Assembly: GCA_009914755.4 (NCBI GenBank)
Contig: CP068257.2
Location: forward strand, 33,696,001-33,760,000
Length of the DNA stretch: 64,000 nucleotides
DNA from: the human T2T-CHM13v2.0 reference genome, Homo sapiens
Reading direction: 5' to 3'
The notes below the pieces were generated by a model. It saw only the letters and a program-made list of their open reading frames with translations. It was not told the DNA's origin and did not search any database. A program made the translations under genes and the position numbers. Shown in pieces: positions 52,524 to 64,000 of the stretch. How positions within the stretch are numbered: the stretch's first letter is position 1; every line of letters begins with the position of its first letter.

Positions 52524-55500
52524 TAATTTTTAAAATAAGAAAATATTAATGATTAGAAAGAAAGGAAAGAAAAACTAACCCACAATTATACCACTCTTAA
52601 CACAGTTAAATGGACATCTTTACAATATATAACTATAATTATCCAAAAGAATATTAATATCTATAGTATTTACTGTATAAAAAAACAGTTTTCATTATTA
52701 TTAACAATTCTGTAAGGAATATCATGTTAACCAAATATTTGTGTATATCCTTATCCGTTCCCTTAGAATAAATCCTTAAAAGTGGGATTTTCAGGTCAAG
52801 TTATATTTTGAAATTCTTTTGTTTTAAATGTTTCATATGTTTTTCCTAGTCATATATTTTTGATGTCAATGAAAATATTTATTAGCTATGATCATTGTGT
52901 ATGGACTTGTATGGCTATTTTTCATTCTTTTCTAATTTTTACAATTCAATGAGAAAGATAATTTTATTGTAGATCAAGAATCTTTTTGATGACAAAATGT
53001 TTACTTTTACCTAAAAGAGAATTATGATGAAGTTATTGCATCTTAAGTTAGGTATAAAAATTATCTCTATATTTACACTGCTTAGGAGAAAAGTAATTTG
53101 AAAATGTAGGGTGGAGATGAGTGAGTTAAATGTACCAACAGTATTTTAGCTGTCTCACTGCAGAGACATTCCAAAATCTTGCAGCACAAGAAATACTTTG
53201 AAAGTCGGCCTTAAACTTAATCCCATAGGAGTGGGGCTTGGCAAACAAGTCAGCATCTTTCTTGTAACCCTAAGAAGTTCACAGATTCCAGTAAGCTTCC
53301 ATGCATTTTGCAATCCAGATTCTACTCCATGAATCTTTCGAGTTTATGAAATTTCCTAATACATCCTACAAACGCTCTCACTGCCGTCTGTCTCTCAATC
53401 ATAGAAGTACCATATCAATTTATAGTCTCCAAAAGTCAATAAAGCCTCCCCTCCCCCAAGTAATGGGGAGAAGGATCTGGAATCACTTTATGAAGTGTAC
53501 TTAATAATAATATGACAACAACATGCCACGTTATCACAGCTCAAACTAAGCTGAGACAGCCTGGTCAGTACTTGGCTATCTTTGAAACAAAATCACATTC
53601 TTCAGGAAGTGGTGTTGGTAACTCAATAAGCAGCAGCTGTTCCTGGGTCTTTGAAAAAAATGTTTCATCATTTGACCAGTATTCAGTATCCAGCATTATG
53701 TCCCATTATAACTGATGGCCAACATGGAAAACCTCTGGGCAAATAAATACATGAAAATAAAAATTGCTCTTAATCTGAGGATCCCATCTCAATTTAAATG
53801 TACTCTGTTCACATCAATTTCTCTGTAATGTTAATTTGCACTTATTACCCAGAAATTCCATACACATAAAATGATTGCTTCATTCCTTCCAATCTTTATA
53901 ATGAGCACTCCATCCCTGTGCCATTTAAAAGCTTTCTAAAGACCCTTTTAAAAGGAAAGGTGATATCACTGAATGTAATGTTTATTTACAAGACAGTATG
54001 ATCCCAGGCTTCCAGATGCTCGGTATAAATAAGAACCCAGAAACATGCGCTGCATTTAATAGAAATTTGAGCCCATCAATTTTACATGATCCTACCAAGA
54101 AGAGTGTAGAATGCTAATGATGCTAATGAGAACTTGATGTTGACAGAAGATTCATTTATAAATAAAAATGTCCAGAAAGATTATTACATCAAAGGATGGT
54201 TTGTCAATATCCACCCCACAGTAGGCCTATCAAGATGATCAACCGCAGTTTCAATAACAATAATAAAAACAATTATGATTCTCTGTACTAATGTAGCACT
54301 TTTCATCAGTGGACCGAAAAAGATCTGTATTAAATGATCTTCAGAGCCCTTGACCACCTGGGCTTGAAGTATCCCCTTGGAGGAAGAATCTAAATCAACA
54401 TCGTGTTCATTATTATGCTGAAATGGCTTTAGCAATCCTTGCTCAGCCAGTGGCATCTCACACTGTGTGCACCACACCCACATGACAAACAGAAGAGTCC
54501 TCTGGAAAGGAGAGAGGGTGGCAAAATCCAGCTTGTGCTTCCAGTCCGATTCTTTCCTATGCCTTACTTCCCCCAAAATACCTATGGAGCTGAGACGTTC
54601 AGGGTTTATACAGTCCATATATAATTATTAAAATGTATACATTATGCTTTAAAGTTAGTAGGGGTCTCTACTCATTTTTAAGGAAAAACAAAAAGCTATG
54701 TTTTTTAATCGAGCTTGAGTAGTAGAAATACACATGGAAGGACAATTCATAAACTACTGTGTATTCTCTTCTATTTTGACAGGTTACGGCTGTCACAAAC
54801 TTTGGTATGATATTAGAAAAAATTTAATTTATTGCCGCTTGTCATAAAGATGCCAACTCTGCCAGCCTCTGATACAATTTGGATGTAAATATTTAGTGAC
54901 AGATGAGGAAACTCACTCAGAGAGCTTCCTAGGTCAGATTTTCACCATTCTCCTTTAACAAAGGCAGAGATGATCTTGGGCAGGCTGATAGGACAGCAAG
55001 TAATCCTCTGGCAGGAATGGAAATGAAGACAAGTATGAGGCATGGTTGAAGAAAATGAATAAATAGGGAAAAGGGGACTCAAAGACATAATAACTGCTTC
55101 AGGTGTGCAGAGGGCCATGATATGAAAGAAGTAGATGCTTGATCATTACCATCCTGAAGAGGCAGAGCCAAGGCCAGTATGAGGACACCCACTGGTGGAC
55201 GTTTCACTTCCCAGTGACGAAGCAAAAGTCATGACTATTCAACAGAGTTGAATCATCAGGAACAAGAAAGGAGAGAAGGTATAGGTGTGCTCACTATGTA
55301 CTCACTAATTCCACAAACATTTGCTAAGCATGTATTCAGTGTTGGGCACCATGCAAGACGCTGTAGATACAATGGTGAGGAAAGACAAATATGGCATGTC
55401 TTATCTTGGATCTGGTGGTCTGGTGAGGATTCTGGGCATCACACACATCAATGCAGAGCCCCAGCTTCAGCGCATCCTGTTAAGGGGCAGTGGGTGGACT

Positions 55501-55750
55501 GTGGGGCTGTGAGGCTGACCTAGTGTTGAGTTCAGAGAAGCTTCCCTAAGACAGAAACACTTGAGATGAGATCAAACTAAGAGGAGAAATAAGGCAAGTT
55601 AAAAAGCACAGGGAACAAAAAGGATTCCAGAGAGAGTTAGAAATTCCAGTTTGAGAAAACGGAAGAAACAGGAAGGGGTAAAAGAGCCCTTTCAGGTCAC
55701 ATTTGGGAATTTTGCCTTCTTTTAGGAAAAAACATAAAGTCATTAAAGAT

Positions 55751-56010
55751 GGTGCTGTGGTTTGACCGTGTACCCCACAAAGAATTTATTGGAAACGGTA
55801 ATCCCCGATGCAACCATGTTGGGAGATGGGGCCTAATGGGAGGTGTTTAGGTCGTGAGAACTCCACCCTCATGAATGTATCAAAGCTGAATATACCAGGG
55901 CTCAGGGCTGGGAGTTCAATCTCTTGCTATCTCTGGTCACTGTCTTGCCCATCCACCTCCCTCCATGGGATGACAGCACCAAAGCTGGGGAGGCATCTTT
56001 TTGAGAAGTA
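55751..56010 (+). mobile_element. Partial MaLR-type LTR (MST-like 5' portion), copy e
   Basis: ggtgctgtggtttgaccgtgtaccccacaaagaatttattggaaacggtaatccccgatgcaaccatgttgggagatggggcctaatgggaggtgtttaggtcgtgagaactccaccctcatgaatg has the typical MST/THE1-type LTR start (tgctgtggtttgaatgtgtcccccaaaa...ttggaaacttaatccccaatgcaacagtgttgggaggtggggcc...). Confidence 0.45.
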
Positions 56011-57687
56011 AAGGGGTGGTGACCTGGTCACATTGCTACTTTGAAAAAGTCAAATTAGGTATAGGATGGAAAGTGGATGGAACAGGCCAAGGTCTATCCA
56101 AGGAAGCAGAAGGGGTCTGCCCTAATGTCAGATGCTCCTGGATCTAGAATAACTTTTGCTTCATGCACTTACTAATTTAGTCAGTGTTCAACATGTTAAA
56201 TGATATTTTGAAAGTAGAAATTAGATTTTATGGCATCAAAATAACTTGTTAGTGTCTCTGATATTACTGCTGTGGTTGCCAACAATATTTCCTTTAGACT
56301 TCAGGAATATTATTCTGTGTTCTTAGCAATGTCAAGATAATGTAATTGAAATATGTCATAAGTTATTCTATTAATTATCAAAATAATCAAAAGGAAAGAC
56401 AGCATTTATTGATACCATTTATTGTCTTATCCAGTTGTATGCCAGATTTCAGAAAACAGCAGAATGAAGTTAACCTGAAGAATTAGTTGTTTGAAAAACC
56501 TGCAAAACTTAGCATGAACTTAAATTTTCTCACCTCTGTAAGTTACATTATTTCTTGTGATGACACGTACTTAATACACAAATGAAGCGAGCCCATGATA
56601 GCTTTTACATAGATATTACAAATAAATGTGTTTATAAAGATTTTATGGAACAGTATGGAGAAGTAAAGGAGTTGCTATAACTCAAAGGTATTTTCTATAA
56701 GTGTCCAGAAAGCAATGTCAATAATTTCCTAGGGCTGGTGGTTAAATCAATGTGAGTGAATGTTATTATTCCCTCGTAGAAATATGTTATGCTTTCTACA
56801 AAGAACATGTATGCAAAGCTATTCCTAATTATTTATTTATTTATTTTTTAACAGTGGTTTATTTTGTGGCTTAACCCAGTCACTTACAACAAACTAAATG
56901 AGCTAAGGATGAGTTTTTGTTATATATATGCATGTATGTTTACTTATAGGTTAAGCCTTTGTTGTGGGTGGAGGGTGGGGATATGTGGGAGGAAACTAAA
57001 GTAAAGGAACATGATGAATCCCACTTAGAATCAGAAGAAAGGGATGTAAACTTTTAGAGAGGGCTATGGTTGAACAGAATAATACAATGCAGTATTCTCG
57101 TTTTGCACGCGCTTTGCCATGGTATGAGTCTAGTTTGACATCTGACATTTTGACAAAATGAAAAACAAAAACAAAAATATTAGCCAACAACAAAAACACA
57201 TACATACACTACTGGGATTATCCCGTTAGGGGATAAAGCTTTCAGTTGTGCAATAGGGATTGAGTGCTTAAGAATAACAGACACACAAGAGCGTGGGCAC
57301 GTTTCCCACCTTCCATCCACACTGTGAGAACAGACACAGAAACACACCTGGAGGCCCCTGGGCTGCAGGGGGAACCCATGAAAGGAGGATACTGTCTTCC
57401 TTAGAGATCTCCAAATTGTGTGCTCAAATTCTTCAATCCATTCCCTCATACATTCATTCATCATTTATTTAACAAATATCTATCAATCATCTCCAGCATG
57501 CCAGGCCCTGTTTCAATGATTCTGACACATGCCACGGGGTGAATGAATGAAGCAGATGGCACTGCGCCCATTTTACAGGTATGGAAAGGGACAATAAAGG
57601 ACCAAGGGGTGACAAAGTGGAAACTGAGGCCAGGGTCCCAGGTATCTTGCTCAATATTTGTTTGCTTTGGTTTAGTTTAGAACAGTG

Positions 57688-57836
57688 ATATTTTAACCAC
57701 GGGTGATTTTGGCTTCCGAAGGGCCAGGGTTTCTGCTACAGTGCACAGAACAGCCCCAACAACAAAGAATGATCAGGAGCAAAATGTTGATAGTGCTGCT
57801 ATTTAGAAACCCTGGTTCAGGGAAACCACTTGGAAA
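57688..57836 (+). mobile_element. hAT-type MITE fossil (MER30-like), copy C, partial or internally deleted
   Basis: aacagtgatattttaaccacgggtgattttggcttccgaagggccagggtttctgctacagtgcacagaacagccccaacaacaaagaatgatcaggagcaaaatgttgatagtgctgctatttagaaaccctg is homologous to copies A and B. Confidence 0.45.
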
Positions 57837-59589
57837 CTTCAGTGGATGATCCAGAATTTATTTTTGCCTATCTGGGTAATAGGAAAAGTTAAAAAAAAAA
57901 AATGAATTTCTTCTAAGCTGTTGACACAGCCATGTGATTCTTTCATAAATGAGTTTCAATCTAAGTTCTAATTTTTGAAAAGAGGTGTTTACTTGGCAAA
58001 CTTCACTTGCATTTAAAAAAAAATTCTACAGTGTGACTATCCATTGCCACCACAAGCAGCAGCACTTTTACCTGTCAGAGATGGCGTCTCAGTGTGTAGT
58101 TACAGAATGCACAGAACAGAGGACGTCTCACTGCTGTATCAGGACACTCAATCCATGTGTGGTTTCCCAGGTGAAACTGTAGCCCTCCTGCTGTAAAAGT
58201 CACCCGCTTAATGAGGTGTATTTACCCTGTATTAGTAAGAATCTGTAGTTCAAAAATGCTGTATTTGGGGCAAAAATCAACATCTCTGAATTCAAGTACC
58301 CTCGCCCCCTCTCTCAGCAAGAAGTTTGTGTGAAGAGACAGCTGGAAATTCTAGCCCTTAAGATGTTAAACAAAAATAGGGATAAATTTACTGTGTTTAC
58401 ACGGCATCTTTAGTTTCCAAATGTGTTTATTCTAATATCCCTGGGAGATAAACTGGGGCAAGACTCGACATCACTACTTACTGAACCGGGTGCAGGGCAG
58501 GGTGCTTAGATGTAAAGACAAAGTGGCTTACCTCTACGGCTTCCTGGCCAGGACAACACTGGCTTTGTTATTTACCTCCCTATCAAAGTCATAGTCACGC
58601 CCTTAGATCATGACTGTAAGCGTTTCAGAAGGCTGAATGGTTCTAAATCCTATAGTTATATAATTTTGAAAATCAGTTATAGCTATGTTTTTGCTCTTCA
58701 AATCTCCTTCATTTAAGTAAAGGCCCCACTGGGAAATTTTTAGATTGCCTGTTAAGAAAAACCTTGTCCAAGAACAATTGTTCTATCAAAATTCATGATA
58801 TCAAAGAAAAGTGTAAACTAGAATATCTTAATTTCTTTCAAGGCATCCAATCTAGTTTTCTCTGAACAACAAAATGGAAAACCTCAGTCTTCAAAAACCT
58901 CATGGACTTTTCTCAGCTTTTCCACCAACACACTGGACTCCATTCTCTCTGCTGTCTAATTGCATCTGATAAACATATTTATGTAGGCAAAGAATGAGCC
59001 CATTTGAGTTTCTATCTTTGTTTTCCCACAGGGAGACGCACAAAGATGTTCGGTCCTTTCCTTCTGAAGGCTGGACAGTTCTGTGTGACGCACACACATA
59101 TTTCTAAGCGTTTTGCAGCACTGTGACATTGCTTAATGCAACTCACAGGGGTGTGAAGGGCTGAAAAGACCTTTGAGGTGAGTACATGTGATGAAACAAC
59201 ACAGAGAAAAAGTGTAGCAGGGACTAATTTATTTACGGTAAAACAGTTCCTATTTCTTTACCTTCAGTCACTCTAGTCATGTTGAAGTGAGGTTCAAAGA
59301 GAAAGAAATGGAGCCTGGACCACACCATGAGAGCCTGGAAGGAAAGGTGTAGCCCTGAGCTCATCCTCTGCAGAGGGGAACAGGCTTCTCAGGCCAAGGT
59401 AGATGACAAGGAGAGCTGGCCTCCACCAGAAACTGCCAAAAGCTGTAAGAAGCTCCTATCTGGCTCTAGGCCCTTCATAACCAGACGTTGATTTAGACCC
59501 TAGGAAGAAGACAATGTGATAGGATTCATATAATTTATATAATTAATAATTATGTAATAATTATTATTTATCTTATATATTATATTTAT

Positions 59590-59860
59590 ATAAGCATATA
59601 TTATAATTAACTATATAATTTATATGATTAATTGTATTAAATATTCATATAAAAATGGGCTTTTAATATATTGAATACATATCAATATACCATTTTGATA
59701 TCATATATAAATTATAAATTGCATTGTATAATTATATATTATACTTAATTATATAATTTATATAATTATATTAACTATTAATATAAAAATTGTGCTTTTA
59801 ATATATGGATTACATATCAATATAGCATACTGATATAAAAATTAATCCCTCAATTTAATT
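59590..59860. repeat. Extremely AT-rich block made of two tandem copies of a ~135-bp unit (~80% identity), within a broader TA-rich low-complexity region 59520-59860
   Basis: atataaaaatgggcttttaatatattgaatacatatcaatataccattttgatatcatatataaatt (59646-59712) pairs with atataaaaattgtgcttttaatatatggattacatatcaatatagcatactgatataaaaatt (59781-59843). The preceding taattaactatataatttatatgattaattgtattaaatattc pairs with ttaattatataatttatataattatattaactattaat. Confidence 0.6.
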
Positions 59861-62536
59861 CCATTCATTTATCACCCACAATCATTTATTGAGCACCTGA
59901 AAGCCTGAGTTTAGTACCTCCATGCACTTATGGAGCACTCAGTCCCTTCCTGGCACCATTCTGTATACTGAGGACATGGAGATGAAAATGCACAGCCCCC
60001 CACCCCCTGTGCTCTCACAGTGGCTCGCAGCCCGTTGCACAAACTGAAGCATAAATAAGTCATTACAAGGTGAGGGGAGCCACAACAGAGGTGTAGGCAG
60101 AACAAGACACAGCATAAACAAGGGCCTACAAACTCCACCAAGAAGTGATGGATGACATTCTCAAGCATGACAATGAGTGCGATATTTGGCGAGGGTGGGT
60201 ACTCTGGGTGAGCAGAGATAACTTGGAAAAAAGTATCTGAGTCAACGGCACAACAATTTACAAAGGGGTCCTCCAGGAAGTATGCTATGCAAAGTATGGA
60301 ACAAATGAAGAAAGATGTTGCCTCCAGGGGACTTTCTAGCTCCTATTTTTAAAAGGATGTGTGTTTTTAACTCCTTGAGATTAGCAGCATATGAAATGCA
60401 CACCAATTACCCATACTTTTGATTGATTGCCTTTAATCCTCCACTCCTCTTATATGTGGTTACAAATCCTGCAAAATTTTGATGAAATCTCCTAAAATGA
60501 TAAAGCAGTGATGCCAACAGATACATAGCCTAATGATATGCAGAAGCAGAAGATAACATAGAATTAGTGAACACAGAAATGGAAAAGTCTCAATCTCACT
60601 ATTAATTAAAAGTATGCATTTAAAAAAACAGTAACTTTCTGTTTATTGTATTATCACATATTTTGCACAGTGATCATGTCTAATCCTGGGAAGCATCGAG
60701 TGAATCTATATATTTACATGTGGCAATTGTACTATATGTCTTTAGACCATTGACCTCAAAAGAAAGGAAAAAAGAAAACCTCTATGCACAAAGATGTTCA
60801 CGTCAGTATTATTTATGAAATTAATAACAAAAATAGAGAAGCAAATGAAACTTCCAAAATTAATAAGAGTGTTAAATCACTGTACATTTTTAGATGAGTC
60901 ATGGTATTATTCTTAATATTAACATTTATAATTATTAAAGCTCCTGTCACATGGAAACACTTTCAACATAATGATTATCAAAAAGTGTTAGAAAATGACA
61001 TGTATACTATGGTTTCAACTGTATAAGATATTTATTTACATAGACGAGAATCAGAAGGAAATATCAAAATAACAGTTAATATTACATAAACACTTTTTTG
61101 TTATCTTGAATACTCAGACTTTCTGCTAATACTTTTTAAGCAGTCCTAATAAGACTAGAATTTGGATCATTTAATAAACCCCATAGTAAGGAAACAATAT
61201 GCGTAGCACTTCTACAAAAGTCTTAGACACACACGCACACCTTCATGTTAAGGTGAAAAATGTACAAGCATATGAAATTAAGAAAAAATTGCCTCATATG
61301 GATGGGAGTGAAGATTCATTCCAAATTTTGCCTTGAGTAGATTTGCAAGTTGTCATTACAGTGCCTTCTCTTATTTATCAGTCTGAGCACAATGGCAGAA
61401 CTCGGTCATCTAAATTATCCATTTACCTTGTATATGGAATTAAGAGCTCTGTGTTAGGGAGCTCCAAATGTCAAGAGGCAGAGTCATGCCGGGGATTGAT
61501 TCTGTAGATTAGAACATCTCCACCAAGGCATTTGGCCTGTGAGATGTCTAAGTAGATTAATTGAAGTAGAAATGCATTATTTATTATTTAACACTTAGTG
61601 AAAGCAGTCAGCAAGCTAGGTTTAATAATGATTTCTTTTAGACACTCACCGATGCATAAGAATTAGGTAAACATGACCCAATCATTACTTGAGAGGTTTA
61701 TCAGGTTTCAAATCAGAACTTCTTTTTTTTTAAAGAGGCAATTAGCATTGTGATATTCCTCTTGCCTATTAGAAAAGATAAGTTTTATGATATCTATGGG
61801 ATCTCTAAGAATTAGGCCTATTTAGACAAGGAATGAGAGAGGACTTTTACACTGTTGACAGAGGTCCATTCAGTCAGGGCTATGTTTCTGATCCCTGTAG
61901 ATAAGTCTAGAAGACAGGAACACACTAACTGGCCTCAACATTCCTAATGGTGACTACTAATTATTTCAGAATTGGAGGAAGACTTGCCTTCCTGTTACAG
62001 CTGCCTGGATTGCTGGAGTCTGATTCATACCTAGCCATGTAAGGGAAAGCTCATCTTCTGCCTGGACAGTGTCTTGGCACTCCTGGATGCCTGGCCCCTT
62101 GGTGTGTGCTCCCCATAATGCATAAGTTGCGTCATATTTCTGGAGTCACTTCACCCAGCACAGACTGATCTGAATCTTCTTCTTTTTCAGTGAAGTCAGC
62201 CTTTGACCAGAGAATCCCTAAGCCATGGATTCTTTCTGGCTTTGGAAGATGGGACAGAAGATGTAGATGGTTAACCATCCCCCAAGGATGGAGGATCTCA
62301 CTACCCTTCACACCCAGGGATGACCTCATCATTAGCTCTAATATGAAGTCTAATGCTTCCAGTTGCATAAGTTGGGGCAAAGTACTTACTCTCTCTAGGG
62401 TTCACATTTTTCATGGTAAATGATGTCTATGATAGAGGGGTTACTGCTGGGACTAAAGACAGAAAACAGGCCAACGGCATTCTCCAGTGGCTTACAGACA
62501 AGCAGTGCCTGATGTATTTTGGGTCCTCCATATCAC

Positions 62537-63480
<944 letters not shown>

Positions 63481-64000
63481 TCCAGTACCGATCCACTCTC
63501 AATGCTGCCCATTTCTGTATTTTTCTGACAATTTCCAAGTATTTTATGAATAAGTATCTCTTTTCTTGGCTAATGGATAGAACTGAAATTGCTTTATAAC
63601 TACCAGTGGTGACTGTGATGGGAAGGATGACAGCTGATGCTAAAAGATTAACACTGAACTTCAGAGTGGTAGCAAAAAAATGAGGGTTATTTCAGAAACC
63701 ACAATTTATAAACAACAGACTTCCTAACAGGCTAGAACAATAAGAAAGTAAAATTGTGGATCCCCATCCTTTCAGTGTTGGTTTGTTTTTGTTTTATTAT
63801 AATTATATAATAAATATTACACTTTCATTTTATATACAGAAATGTGAATATTTAAATTTTATTATAATAGAATCTTTAATAAAATCAACAAATATAGTAC
63901 ACTGGAACAAATACACCTATCTCAGAAAACACATTGAGGGCAGAAAGAATATTCACTTATAAGTGCAATCAGTGCCTTCAATTATAGTTGAGTTCCAAAG

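Overview
This window reads as human (or other catarrhine primate) nuclear genomic DNA, not a microbial locus. The direct evidence is six Alu SINEs with A/T-rich tails, several LINE-1 3'-end fragments, MIR fragments, a THE1-type MaLR solo LTR flanked by a 5-bp target-site duplication, at least five further MaLR-like LTR copies, hAT-type MITE fossils (three copies of a MER30-like element and one other), and microsatellites (GT, CT, TATTC, poly-A). CpG is strongly depleted and there is no CpG island. None of the supplied six-frame ORFs looks like a real protein gene. Almost all of them lie inside Alu, L1, LTR or low-complexity sequence, and reading across those repeats produces their translations. 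I found no CRISPR array, operon, prokaryotic-style gene cluster, rRNA or tRNA, and I cannot support a claim of a novel biological system here. On the sequence itself the window is an ordinary AT-rich, repeat-dense intergenic or intronic stretch of a primate genome. The items that deserve a second look are local. One is a pair of splice-site-bounded candidate exons with a GC-rich patch at about 7.7-8.5 kb. The others are several perfect or near-perfect young tandem duplications, a ~190-bp duplicated unit with a dispersed partner copy, a divergent direct-repeat pair about 1.1 kb apart, a CpG-retaining segment, and Alu insertions nested inside older repeats. All coordinates were counted by eye from the printed sequence and may be off by a few bases. 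Repeat family names come from my memory of consensus sequences, and each one I am unsure of is marked as uncertain in its feature entry.
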